A DNA stretch of 63,949 nt, filler included, from Intoshia linei (taxonomy: Eukaryota > Animalia > Orthonectida), in NCBI GenBank assembly GCA_001642005.1. It is 14 parts of 14 records of this genome, joined end to end, with 100 filler letters (N's around TTAATTAATTAA, not from the genome) between each part and the next. Parts side by side here need not be neighbours in the genome. Positions count along the whole stretch, not along the records: positions 1 to 6,242 come from LWCA01001695.1; positions 6,343 to 8,196 come from LWCA01002481.1; positions 8,297 to 30,214 come from LWCA01000617.1; 11 more parts are not named here. One strand, given 5' to 3'. Positions 1 through 13,100 of this stretch are shown here, piece after piece; the stretch's first letter is position 1, and each line of letters opens with the position of its first letter. The notes beneath the pieces were generated by a model. That model did no database searches. It worked only from the letters and a program-made list of their open reading frames with translations, and was not told the DNA's origin. Both the position numbers and the translations under genes were made by a program.

Positions 1-1777
1 AGAAAAGGTAGGTATAAATTTTTTATAGTAAGTGACTAAGCCTAAGAAACTTTTACTTCAGTTTTGTCAGTTGGATTAGGCATTTGTTCTATGGATTTTA
101 CTAGATTCTGTAGATATACCGTATTGAGATATTACATGTCCTAGAATTTTCAATTCTGTGTGCCTAATTATGCATTTATCTAAATTTAAGGTAACATTGT
201 ACTTTTTAAGAGTATCTAGAACGGCTGTTAATGTTCTATCTTATGTCAAACCGTAAGGTACTCTTTTGTATTGATATAAACCAAATTCTGTCATAAATGC
301 AGTTAGATATCGTTAATTTTTGTCTAATTCAATTTGATTATAAGCTTATTTCAAATCTTATTTTGAAAAAAATTGACATCCATTAGTATTATTAAATATT
401 GTATCAATTAGAGGTAGAGGATATGTGTCAATTTCTATATTTTTATTTAAATTTCTTAAGTCCACACATAATCTTATATCACCATTTTTTTTAGATGTAA
501 CTACGATAGCACTTGTCCATTCGCTTCTATCAATTTGTTCAATTATACCCGTTTTTACTAATTCATTAATCTTATTTTTAACTTTATCATATAGTATCGA
601 GGGTGTACGGCGAACTTTAGCTATAACAGGCACATAATTTTTTTTAATGTAATAGTTAATTTGAAATCATTTAATTTAGATAATTGTGAAATATTTTCCT
701 GTTTTGGTACTTATTGAATTAATTTGATTTAAATTATCAATGTTTCGATTTGGCGAATTAAAGATAGTATTTAAATCAATTTTTAGTTTTAATATTAAAT
801 CCATACCAATTATAGGTATACAACTATTTTCAACTAATTGGAATTTATGTCGGCATTTTGATTCATTGTATCTAACATCTCCAGTGAAACACCATTTTGT
901 TTTAAGTTTGTGTCCACTAAATGACGTTAATATAAAGGAACTAGGCTCAAAAGTATATATATGTAAATATGATTTCAATTTATGTGGTATTATAGATATA
1001 CTACTACCAGTATCAACTAAAAAATTAATTGGATAATTATTAATTAAAATTTTAATATATTTAGAACCTTCATCATATATAACACTGATCCTTTTATAGT
1101 TGAGATTTTTGCAAACATTTTTAAAGTGACCTTTTTTACCATATTTCTTGCTTTGCATATTTTTAAATGTTGAGAATTGAAATTTCTTCCACAGCGGAAA
1201 CATAGTAAATTATTTGATTTCGTGTCATGAATTTTAAAAATCTTTTGTTCCTGTGAAATCAAATTTTTATTAGCATTTTGTAATAATGTAAATTAGACAC
1301 AAGTTTCTCGACAAATTTTTAAGTTGAGTTCTTCCACTGATAATAAAATATTTGTTAATTTGGCCGAACGGCATCCAAATATTATTTGATCGCACACCGC
1401 CTGATCAATCGCATTATCCTCATATCCTTTTTGTCGCCACATTATGTAGGCGGTCAAGGAAAGCATCCAATGTTTCATCATCTTCCTTCATCATTGTTTT
1501 CAATTTGAACCTTTCCATTATAGATTTTGATTGTTGCCATAAAAAAATTTTGGTTTTGATACTTGCATAACTCATCATCTCTTTTTTTTCATTTCTTGTT
1601 GTAACCTTGCCGTAGTTTCGATTCCAGCTAAGTTATGTAATGCTTTAATTTTTTTATTTTCATCTATTTCAATAGAACTTACTTCAATGTATGATTTAAA
1701 TTCTATAAAGAATGTTTCTAGATCTGTAACAATGATGCCATCTACACTCATTATTTTTTGTGGTTTATTGAAGAGGT

Positions 1778-1795
1778 ATCCTGTCGTCGGCGCCA
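1778..1795 (-). promoter_or_regulatory. Retrotransposon primer-binding site TGGCGCCGACGACAGGAT
   Basis: 18-nt sequence starting TGG just after the LTR CA. Its complement fits tRNA 3'-end geometry: AT-CCTGT-CGTCGGC-G-CCA. Confidence 0.75.
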
Positions 1796-1796
1796 A

Positions 1797-1930
1797 TGTG
1801 TTATTCGATGTATACAATTAAGAAGTATAAAAATATTTATTTCTATTATCGTTATTCTACGTTACTTTAGTAATCCTTTCTTTAGTTCGATATCACTTAA
1901 GGTTTACTTAATTAAACTTTAAAGTAAACA
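1797..1930 (-). repeat. Putative 5' LTR (~134 bp, TG...CA)
   Basis: Minus strand starts TGTTTAC at 1930, contains AATAAA, and ends ...ACACA 1 nt before the PBS. No second LTR is present to confirm the 5' boundary. Confidence 0.55.
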
Positions 1931-2180
1931 TTTTATTTTTTCAATATCAAAATCAATTTATTTCTAGCATATTTTGTCATGCTTAAATTACTTAAGGTTT
2001 ATCAAAATACTCGAAAATTTAATACTATTCCGAAACCTGTGGATTATAAAAAATTCATTAATAAACAGGTATTTTGATTATTATTATATTAATTAAGTAT
2101 TACTTATGCATCTATCTACTGTTTGTCACAGTATAAGAAAGAAAATTTAGTGAATAAATTACGAACTTATTATAAACGAA

Positions 2181-2616
2181 ATGAAATTACATTTAAAAAA
2201 ATCATCATATTATAATCAAGTATTTTATAATTTAAAATATTTTAGTTATTCATAAACAATCAGTTTGTTAATTCTATATCATCTAATCAAATATATTTCG
2301 ATACTGTAAATCCTGCTAATGAACAGGTGTTATCCCATATTTGTCAAGCTAGTTTGGTAATTTTATCTATGCTATGCATTAATAATAATATCTGAAACAT
2401 TGTATAATGATGAGAGTAATTATAATGGTATCTATTCCAAATATTTCTTATTTTTGATCATTAATGTAAATATAGGAAGACGTTAATTATGCAGTTGAAT
2501 GTGCCAGGAATGCCGGGGTTCATAATTCAATATGGAAAAAAATGGGAGCGAATGGAAGAGCTGATTTAATGTATAAACTAGCCAACCTAATGGAAAGAGA
2601 TCGAACTATATTAGCT
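2181..2616 (+). CDS. Aldehyde dehydrogenase (ALDH1/ALDH2 family), first three exons only (2181-2219, 2246-2356, 2476-2616)
   Basis: Spliced translation MKLHLKKSSYYNQ|LFINNQFVNSISSNQIYFDTVNPANEQVLSHICQASL|EDVNYAVECARNAG...WKKMGANGRADLMYKLANLMERDRTILA matches the ALDH1/2 N-terminus. GT-AG introns are in phase 0. I found no downstream exons before the gap. Confidence 0.88.
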
Positions 2617-2985
2617 GTACGTTGAATGATTTTACTTTTTTCTCTGTACCTAACATGTTTTATAGTTAAAACCATTTTGATTATAATGTAGTTATATGCA
2701 GAATATTATACACGTTAAAATGGAATATTCACTTTTTCAAATGAAATTTTACCACTAAGTATTTTTTATATTTAACCGTTATAATTAACATTACATTAAA
2801 ATTATCATTTTCAATTTCATTGAATACAATCGCGTACATTTTCTTGAATGTAACTGTCAAACTTTTAATTTTATATGATAAATAATAGTAAATACTTGGA
2901 TTTTTTTATTTTTAAAAAACTTAATTTATTTTAATACCCAAAAAATGTAAGAGAATAATTTCCGCTGTAAATGAACCTTTAAACC

Positions 2986-3760
2986 AGTGATTCTCAACGT
3001 GGTCCACAGAAAAATTTTGGTCCTCATAGAGCTTCAATATATTATTTAAAATATTCTATTAAAAAATTTTATTAACGCTATTAAACTGTTATACTATGTA
3101 ACTATAATATACATTGTGATGATAAATTTACATGTAAAAAATATTTCTATTTGATTCTGAGGTAAGTTGGATTTTAAGGGTAATACTCGGATAAGGCTGG
3201 TAATTTTATGGGAAGCTCATTTAATAAGACAATCCTTGAAACCATAATTATTTTACAAAGTTTAAAAAATATAGACATCAAGTCAAAAATTTTCTATCTT
3301 AGAGATATTTTTAGCGTAATTAACCAACTTAGTCAAAATTTGGAAGGAAAAAATGTGACTCAGAATTTTCCAAAATAAAAAGATTTTCTGAATAAATTGG
3401 AGTTTTGAAAAAATTTCAATTTTTAATAACTTCGAAATTAGTCAACATTCTTAAAGGTGTATAAAAGCTTGGTATAACTATTTCTATAGAATTTGTAAAG
3501 ACTTTAATGTAAGATTTTAAAATATTTTAAAGAAAAAGTTTTTGCATTTCAATTTGGAAAAATGAGGAATCAATAATACAAAAATTTCTTCGAGGCTCTC
3601 ACGAAGGAGGGCTCGGTATTACGTTGAATTCATACATTTTTTAAATTCACAAATCTTCAATGATATCATTTCCAACAATGGTGTTGTATGAAGCCACATT
3701 TTCATAAAGAAATCAACTGAATTATCGTGGTACAATAATATTGCAATTTAATCAATATTT
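2986..3760 (+). mobile_element. hAT (Buster/Charlie-like) transposase relic
   Basis: TIR-like CAGTGATTCTCAAC at 2986. Degenerate peptides EVSW (RW motif), IFSVINQLSQNLEGKNVT and ISFPTMVLYEATFS (compare FPSTYLCERGFS). Confidence 0.65.
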
Positions 3761-3911
3761 TGTGTTAATTATACTGTAAGAAACACTAAGAACAAATAAG
3801 GCATTGACCAAAAAATATTTTGTATAAATATAAATTTAGTTTAACTTTTTTTTGTATATACTCAATTTACTTTTTTTCTATTCCTTGTTTTACAACGTTA
3901 ATATAAATATA

Positions 3912-4930
3912 CTAGCTTGGCTGTTTTGTACTACGTACAAACAGCACCTAGATCTGCCGAGGGCACTATTTTATTATACTAAAAAAATAAATTCACGTTG
4001 AAAATCTAATTTAAAAATCCTACTATTAACTATTATCAATCCTTTAAAGGAGTGGTTCCCAAATTTGTTTCACGTGGAACCGTCATCTTAATTTTTTTGT
4101 TAACATTTGCGTAAAGAATTTTAAAAAAAATTATTATCCCATTTTTTTAATTTATTAGACAGAATGTGTGTATAATATTAAAAATAAAGTAAAAACAGTC
4201 CAATCCTAAAAATTGTCATAAATAGCATAAATTCCAAAAAAATAAAATTAGTCCAATACTAAAAATTGTCATAAAGGTGTGAGTTTTGGAAATTGAAATT
4301 TATATTATTATATGTAAAAATTGTCATAAATAGCATAAATTCCAGAAAAAATAAAATTAAGAAACCTATTTTGTCATTTTCAATGTGATGACATATATTC
4401 AGTATCAATTTAATAAATAAATCCTAAAAATTGTCATAAATAGCATAAATTCCAGAAAAAATAAAATTATAAACTATTTTGTTATTTTGAGTGTGATGAT
4501 ATATATTCAGAACCAATTTAATAAATACTTACAAATACCAATTGTGTATCAATAATTAATAGAATAATTAATTTTATCATTATTGCAAAGGATTGTGATA
4601 TAAAAATGATGTTAAAATTGTGTCCATACTTTTGGCCTTTTTTCTTGTAAATATTACTTTTCTTTTTAGCATTTTCAAATTAAGTTAGTATCAAAACTTT
4701 TATAAATTCCTTGCCGTAGATGTTCAAAATGTTTGGAAAATGAAAATTTGAAATTTAAAAATTGCGTAGCAATGAAAAAAATTCCGAAGGAATGAATTAT
4801 ATAGATTTTTACCCATATGCCTTGAGTGGAAATGTGTAGACGTACAATCCACATTTTTTTTGAAATTGTAGGATCAATATTTACATTTTTGATTTTAATT
4901 GAAATATTTGAAAAATATTGGTTGATAACA
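3912..4930 (-). mobile_element. Non-autonomous Helitron-like element, 3' part with hairpin and CTAG terminus; internal tandem repeats at ~4200-4520
   Basis: Terminus matches 57378-57600 (-) and 60030-60174 (+). 4580-4930 is the reverse complement of ~46590-46910. Confidence 0.75.
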
Positions 4931-5469
4931 CTGGGTCACAAAATACAAATTTTTTAATTATAGCATCGATAATTTTATGTACCATTGAAACTGAGAATAT
5001 AAGATTGATATAATTTTTGGAATGTTTCCAGATCGAAACCGTTGTTAAATTAGTAATTAAAATGTGTAAATAACTAAGTAACTATAAACATTTTACTTTT
5101 TTTAATTTTTAAAATTGTAATTAAAAATGAATTAACAGTATAATTACACAATTTTGTTACGTAATTCTGTGTTATTTGACATTGTCTTCAATTTAAAAAA
5201 TTAACAAAATAAAATTTATGAAAAAAAATACATTTTGATAAAACACAAGTTACATTAAATTAGTAGAATTTATTAATAAAAATTATAGCAGATAGTTTTA
5301 AAATTAATCATATAGAGATTTTTTTTGTGTATTTAATAATACCGTCATTTTTAATAGATGAGATCGAAATTTGAAAATATAGATAGATTAATATAAAATT
5401 TAAATAATAAACAAATAAAATAAATTTTTTGCATTCCATAATTAATCACTCAGTATATTTTTTATGTAT

Positions 5470-6242
5470 TTGGAATTGTATTTTTTTTCATAAATGAGGA
5501 GCTGCTGGTGGAACCTCTCACCATGCTCATCGGACCAAGCTCCGCAATTATCAGGAAACATTTAAATGACATTGTAAATAATGCATTTTTGGACTTAGAA
5601 GACATCCCATCGCACAATACGCATCCATTAATTCAGTAACGAGGGAACGGTAATTTGTAACCCGTTTATTACCTAAAAAATTATTCACAACATTTTTGAA
5701 CGATTTCCAAGCACGTAATTAAATTTCTGTCATATAACTATCAAATTCTTCACATTTAAAAATTTTATTTATTTGTGGTCTGGTAAAAATTCCATTTAAT
5801 ATTTTTGCATCAGATATATGAGGAAACAAATGTTTTATAACATGATTTAATGTAAGAGAATTTGGATTTCTTTGAATTTTACAAATAAATAGTCTAGTCA
5901 GTCCAAGTTTAATATGGAGCGGAGGAGGGATGATGTTTTTTGATGGAATAAGAATAGGAATTTGGCATTATATTTACCAATAACATTTTTATTTCTAGTT
6001 GGCCAAACTAGGGTTGAATAATGCATTTAAATTGTAATGAATTGAGCCTAACAAAATTTTTATATCTCTGTAATTTTCTTTAAGTAATGTAGAGTAGGAA
6101 ATGGGAATTGGTAGATAAATATGTAATGAATGAATAAGTACCGCATTTAAGCTATACATTGAACTGTCAATTGAAATGTACCAATTTATTTTGACGTATG
6201 TAATATTCATAGCATCCATTAACGGTGCAACATTATTACAAA
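5470..6242 (-). mobile_element. Chapaev (CMC-Chapaev3-like) transposase relic
   Basis: Minus-strand peptides KNIIPPPLHIKLGL, RAWKSFKNVVNNFLGNKRVTNY, MGCLLSPKMHYLQCHL and FPDNCGAWSDEHGERFHQ, with stops and frameshifts. Confidence 0.75.
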
Positions 6243-6342
6243 NNNNNNNNNNNNNNNNNNNNNNNNNNNNNNNNNNNNNNNNNNNNTTAATTAATTAANN
6301 NNNNNNNNNNNNNNNNNNNNNNNNNNNNNNNNNNNNNNNNNN
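6243..6342. other. Artificial contig spacer N44-TTAATTAATTAA-N44. Also at 8197, 30215, 34088, 37566, 39356, 41888, 45168, 47196, 51419, 56412, 59365 and 62119 (each 100 nt).
   Basis: 13 identical spacers. The 12-mer is a palindrome with TAA stops in all six frames. Confidence 0.98.
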
Positions 6343-8196
6343 TTCATTATCAATCACTGCAGAATATAAATCTTATTGTAATTTTCTGCATTAAAAAATT
6401 AATTAACTATTCTTGTGTGGTATAAATTACTACAAAATTACAATAAAAACAAAGATAGTTAACAGCATGGATAACATTGTTGATAATGTTATGAAAAATC
6501 TGGTTAAGCCGCCAATAGATCTTATTCTGACAGATGAGAAATTAAGCATGGAACCAAACGTGTGGATCAAAAAATATGAACAATTTTGGGATCTAATCGC
6601 AAAATCATACGCTGAAAAGAAAATAGAGGAAATCTGCATATTCAAAGCAGTCATGAAATACAATGCTAGATCACGACTAGAACAGGAATGTAAAAACACC
6701 AAACCCAAATTGATCAATATTGCATTACTCAAAGACACAATACGTAAATGGTCCAGAATCAGTATTATTGTTGCTAGATTTGAATTCAGCAAAATGCGAA
6801 GAGATATTAATGAAGATTTGGATCAGTACCGATAACAGGCCGATAAATGCAATTTCTCCGATCAAGACGAAACAATACGCGACCACCTCGCTATAAATTG
6901 CAGCAACAAATTTGTTCAAATGGAAATAATGAAATTGAATGATCCCTCGATTCAAGAGATTCTCGACGTATACACAAATGAACAAACGAAATCAAAAATT
7001 TAGGGCCAAATCACAATGAATTCCATAAATAACAGACAATCCATAAAATCTCGTCAACGCCCCAATTGTGGCGGACAGTGTCGAATCGGAGACAAACACA
7101 GCAAATGCCCAGATCAAGGTTTAACTTGCACTATCTGTGGAACAAAAAATCATTTTGAAAAAGTATCCCGGAGAAAAATCAGAAATTCTACCAAAATTAA
7201 CAGTATACACACTATAGACAAGAAATCATTGAACACAGAAATAACGCTAGAAGACGACAACAATAACCAAGTACTTTTTAAATTTTTAATAGATACAGGG
7301 TCACCCATAAATATATTAAATATATACCAATTCCACCGTTTTTTCAACACAATGTGTCTACTTTACCTTATGTAAAGGACAGAACGTACTCGGATTAAAA
7401 TCCTTAATTCATTTGGGTTGTATTAATGAAAAACCAAATCCAAAACTATCAGCCGACGAAACTAAGCCAATTCGCAAGAACCAGAAAGGAAGCTTTCATG
7501 ATATAATGGAAAGAAAACTTCTAACTGTATTCTTTAAAACACCGGGACATTGTACCATGGGAGAACACAAAATCGAGCTAACGTCCAACTACAAACAGTT
7601 TAAAAACTCAGTCATACCTACACCCTTGCATCTCAAGCAGACTGAAGCTTAGATGATCCAAGAAATGATAAAAAAACGACTAATTGAACCTTCACATAGT
7701 GCAATCAGATCACCAAAATTGCTAAAAAGGAAGCCCTCTTGTGAATACAGATTTCTCACGGATTTCCGTAAATTAAATAACATCACTATCAAAGATGCAT
7801 ATTATTCAGCAAACTAGCAATCCATTATTGACTCCTTACATGGTGCTAAAATATTTTCTACCTTTGGACTTATCGAAAGGCTACTGGCAAATCCCAATTC
7901 GACCGGAAGATAAGCCAAAAACAGCTTTCAAAAGGTTTTACGGAAATAGATTATATCAGTTCACCAGAATGCGAATGGGACTATCCAACGCGAGCGCAAC
8001 TTTCCAATGTATCATGGATACAATTCTACGCGGAATTGAAGGAGTATACGTCGATATAGACGATATCATCATAGCATCAAATAACCGAGTGGACCACGAA
8101 ACAAATCAATCCAAAGTAGTTTCCAGAACCAAATAAATGAGTATAAGAAGAAGCATAACGAACGTGTCGCCAGAAACTACAACAAAACTGTACCAA
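6343..8196 (+). mobile_element. Degenerate Ty3/gypsy retrotransposon (gag, zinc knuckles, protease, RT)
   Basis: CTICGTKNHF knuckle, FLIDTGSPINIL protease, RT motifs YRFLTDFRKLN, LDLSKGYWQIP, YQFTRMRMGLSNASATFQ and VDIDDIII. Stops and frameshifts. Confidence 0.92.
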
Positions 8197-8544
8197 NNNN
8201 NNNNNNNNNNNNNNNNNNNNNNNNNNNNNNNNNNNNNNNNTTAATTAATTAANNNNNNNNNNNNNNNNNNNNNNNNNNNNNNNNNNNNNNNNNNNNTGAA
8301 TTCATGTATTGGCTACAATTTGATGAAATAATTAGGTATATTGACGATGCCGTTTTATATATACACGCTTTTATTTGCTTTATTCTCCCAATGTGACCAT
8401 ATGGAATGTGAAATAACTCCATAACTACAATTGGTAATTACCTAAAATTTTATATGGTGAAAAATAGGCAAGTATATATTGACTTCCCAAATTTTTGTAA
8501 AAATCGAAGCCAAAAAATTGAAAAAATTGGTCTGGGAGTATTCG

Positions 8545-9230
8545 GGATAATATGCTATGCAATATTTGTTTGTGTATGTGTTCCACTTTATTGAAATAAC
8601 TACCAGTCTTAGAATTTTATAAAGTTCACATTTCAATAATAGTTTTTTCCGGGACATATAATAAGATAAATTTCAACCTCCCAAACTACCATCTTACGTG
8701 TCAAAAAGCCCAATTGTCTTTTTTTTTGAAAATAAACGACTTAGAGAATTTAAAAAAATATACACTCTGATACGGATTTAAAATCATAAATATTATCATA
8801 AATTTAAATTTAAAAAAATTATATCTTCAAAGCCAAAACCCCAAATTACCTTTTTTTTAATGAAAACAACCCTAGAATTTAAAAAAATTACAGGTGGTAC
8901 AGTTGTATCCTGTTAACACACAAAAATTTTTAATCTGAATAAGTGACGCCTTTACGGTCAAAAAAGCATTTTAGTATTTATATATTTTTTTTCCGAAATA
9001 TTTTATTAACAATATATGAAATATGTAAAACAAAAAATGTGAAATAACTAAGGGTCCGAAAATTAAAAAAAAATTATTCTGACAGAGCTTATTCCAGTTG
9101 ATATAAATACAAAATTTCAACCCCAGAAATCTACGCATTCCCGGGTAAAAATAATTTATAATATATTATCAACCAATATTTTTCAAATAATTTTGATTAA
9201 AATAAAAATTGAAATTGTTCAAATATAGTA
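8545..9230 (+). mobile_element. Helitron-like family, internal/5' copy
   Basis: Aligns by eye along its length with 46015-46650, and its start aligns with 61320-61500. Confidence 0.7.
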
Positions 9231-10151
9231 AATTATTATTAATACACATTCTTTTGTGATTTAATGGTAACTCAATTTAAACTTTAAAAAATTACCTTTT
9301 TAAAAATAATTGACTTTATAAATTGTTAATTAACTAATTAATAAACATAATATTGGTATCATGGTGCTTGTAATTTCGTGCTGATTATCATATAAAAAAT
9401 GGCATTTTTCCATAAAACACTGCGCTAATCATAATCAAATTTTTAAATTTTTTTTTTTTTATATTTTTAATATTTAATTAATTTTATAACTAGTCAAACC
9501 TCAACGTGTTTAAAATACACCAACGTTTACGAAATTTAATTTATAATTAATTAAAAAGTTACCTAACAAATAAATTATTTTATTTTAAAAAAAAAAAGGT
9601 TGCAAATGTCTGATTTAGATTGTCTATCAAAAGCATTAAATTTATTTTCTAAAACCAATTTATTCTTGTATTATAAGTATTCGAACCAAATATCGTGCCC
9701 CTGGTTTAGCTACCTTGTATTACTCTATTAATTGTTTTTATTTATATACATTAGTTACTAATGTAATGATTAGTATGTATTAATAAAAAATTGAATATTT
9801 ATTTTTAACCATTATCGACTTACAGAATAAACTGCCCCTTTCGAAATCATTTTTAATTCAAAATTTAAAAAATTTCAATTTGTCATTTAATTTATATTTA
9901 CTAAAGGAACAATCCCATCCATGCAATATTAATCATTAATCTGAATTTGCTGGAATGTTTTTGATTGTTAGTATGTAAAAAATCTTTGTACTCTGATATA
10001 ATCTCGGTAAATTTGTGTTAATCTGACATTTAATGTTATTTTTAAATTATAATATGCTCAATGGTATGAGGCTCGTGGCCACATGAGAATATGTAAATAT
10101 ATTTGGCATATTATTAGAAATTTGATTATATAATTAATGATTAATATTTAG

Positions 10152-13100
10152 ACACATATTGACTAACTTGAACAGAAAACTTTCAATTTTATTGACTGAC
10201 AACAATGACAGTGGAAATTATTCCTGCGTTGACCATAATGATGCCCTAATTTCACTTTACCAGCTTGTATCAAAAAGTAAAAAAATTATAATATTTGTAA
10301 TACTTGAAATTAGATAGACTCGATGAAAATAATAAATTGACAAATTCTGGTGTCATTTTATTACCTAAATATAAAAGAGCTGTAAAAGGAATGACTGTAA
10401 TATTACGCTGTTTCCTTTTATTGTCTACTAATATTTTATCTACGTTCAAGTGGTTAATAAATGGTAAATATCTAAAATTCCTAAACGTCAAATTTAAATA
10501 TAGACACTCCAATTAATGAAACCGATTTACATTACACCATAAATGGTTCAATTTTAATAATAAAAGATATTCAACTCTACCATTTCAAAAATAATTACAG
10601 CTGCAGTATTGATTCCCTCAGTCTTTCTAATTATGTGAAATTAGAGCTCATCCGTAAACTTTATTAACATTATTAAATAATAAATGTAAAAAATCAGTTG
10701 ATGAAATGGTATTTCAAATTTACATTTGATGTCTAATTGGATTGGAATTTTATTGTATTTTATTTAATTAGAGTTACCTCGTGTTGTAAATATCTCGGTC
10801 GAGTCTGTTAATATTTATCAACACATTTTGCATTGTCAAATTGATAATGTCAAGCCAATGGATATGGTTTGGCTCAAGGATGGAAATGCTATTGATTCTA
10901 AAAATGTCATTATTAAGAATGTACTTTTTTTATAAAAATGTAAATAAATTTCAAAATTTTAGCCTGGAAAAATGCGACTAAATGTATTGGATAGTACTAG
11001 TTCTGGAATCTATCAATGTATAGGTAAAAATGAATTGGCTCTCATTACGGCAACTTTTGCCGTTTATTTTTATGATAATGGTAATACTTTTTATAATTCT
11101 TTGATAAAATATTAAATTTTAGGGTATCGTGTGCCACCCCCGAAAAACCTGGTTGGAAAAGCTTTGCCTAATCGAAAAATTTATTTGAAATGGGATCCAG
11201 TTCAATTTGCCCATTCATATGTTATTCAGTATAATGCTGTACAAAGGGATGGTTCATATTCTGATGGTATTGAATATTAATAAAATATTCGTTATTAAAT
11301 GGTATTTATTTTATTGATTAGTATTTGAAAAAGTTGAAGTAAATTCAAAGTTGGTGATTGATACTATGCTTTCAAATACGTCTTATAAAATAATTGTGCA
11401 TGCTGTAAATAAATATGGGTATAGTGAACCGTCAAGAGAAATTTATATAACTACCTTAAAACAACATGGTAATTTTTGGAATTTTTAATTTTTAATTTTA
11501 AATTTAGATGCTATTCGTACACCTACATTTAGCGTTTATTCCCAGACACCTACATCGTTAAATGTTGAATGGAAAAATGTAGACAAAGTGTATATTGATC
11601 AAGCTAAAAAAATTTCAATTTTTTTCAAATTATCAACCGATAATTCTCCTTTATCTCTGGTCAATTATAGTTTAAATGTACATAGTGCAGTCATCTCCAG
11701 TAGTTTATTTTTTTATGTCATTATATCATTATTTAGATCTTATTCCAGGTATGTCTTATTTAATTTGTTTGGTTGTTTCAACCGAAATTGATTATACTGC
11801 TGATTATGTTGATGTCGATAATCAATGTTTGGAACATTTTACTATTCAAACTCCAATTCCATTAAATTGTAATTTTTAAAGTTAATTTGTGGTTTTAATT
11901 CTCATTAGTGTCAATTTATTAATGCGTGTTTGATTGAACTAAAGCAGTGGTTCCCGATGAAAATTGTTTACGAATTTCAATTTCACAAATTATTTTTTTT
12001 CGCACCAAAGGAAACATAAAATATAAAACATTTATTAAATATTAAAGTTTTTTTCTCATAAAATTTGATAAATCGGATTTTTCAAAAAAATATTAAAAAA
12101 AAAAGGAATTAATCCATTAAAGGTTGTTAAAATTTGATGTTTTGTTTTGGGTTTTGGAATACGAGGTTTTTTCTCATAAGATTTGGTAAAATCGTGCTTT
12201 TCAAAAAATCAATTAAAAAAAGAGAATTAATCCATTTAAAGGTTGTTAAATTTAGATTTTTTTAATGGGTTTTGGAAGTCGTTGTTTATAAGATTGGATA
12301 AATCGGATTTTTCAAAAAAATATTAAAAAAAGACGATATATTCCCTTAAGTGTTGATATTATTAAATAATATTTAGTCAGTGACAGCTAGTATGCTAGGA
12401 AAAATAAAATGTTTAATACTCAATATAAATTTCATTTAAAAAAAAACGGATATTATTTGAGTTAAAAAAGACAGCACAAATATTGACTTTGAAATTGTTG
12501 TCATTTAGGCTGGGAGACATTTACCTAAAAAAGTAAATTAAAGCTAAAGTTCAACTTTATTTTTACTACCATATAAACTCAATTATTGTAAAATATAAGT
12601 ACGCATTTCAATATCTCTAATGAAGATTCACCATCGTACTATTTGATTTTATGTTAATACGCATTTTTTTTTATAATCTAACTAACTCTATTTTCAATTT
12701 TATTTTAATTCAAAATTTAATTTATTAGTTTAAAAAGTTTAAATTAATAAATAAAAAGAATTGATATTATTTCGGCATTTTATAACACTAAACTTATGCT
12801 CCATTCAATATAATAAAAGATTGTACCCTACCACGAAGTAAGCAATTTGATAGTCTAAAACAACTTGTACTGTTGATATATATACCATATCAAGAGATGT
12901 AAAGGGGTAGAAAGTTTGAATTCAATTGGGAAAGGTTACATTTTTCATATAGCACAATAGCTGTCGCGAACTGTTAATAAATAATATACAAATTTTTTGT
13001 TTTGGTTTTAGATTTTGGGTTTTGAATTAAGAAGTCGTTGATCATAAGATTTGATAAAATCTTGTTTTTTAAAAAAATATTTGGAAAAGGGGGTATTTCC

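Larger units (their letters stand above)
1..1930 (-). mobile_element. Degenerate Ty3/gypsy LTR retrotransposon (5' LTR, PBS, gag, protease, RT), running off the window start
   Basis: Minus strand: gag fragments (1293-1817), Cys/His knuckle CFRCGRNFNSQHLKIC, aspartic protease FLVDTGSSISII, RT motifs IRLCVDLRNLN, YPLPLID, TAFMTEFGLYQYKRVPYGL, KILGHVI and FLGLVTYY. Many stops and frameshifts. Confidence 0.92.

Noticed and set aside
425-1036. Plus-strand ORFs 425-637 and 740-1036, and other antisense ORFs (6430-6792, 27960-28250, 51569-51832, 63473-63745)
   Set aside because: They are shadow or alternative frames of recognised retroelement, DOK or transposase coding sequence.
4200-4520. Repeats of AAAAATTGTCATAAATAGCATAAATTCC with intervening sequence
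   Set aside because: The intervening parts are themselves duplicated. This is an internal tandem duplication of the Helitron-like element, not a repeat-spacer array.
6287-6298. Recurrent palindrome TTAATTAATTAA as a biological motif
   Set aside because: It is always centred in N runs, so it is an artificial linker.
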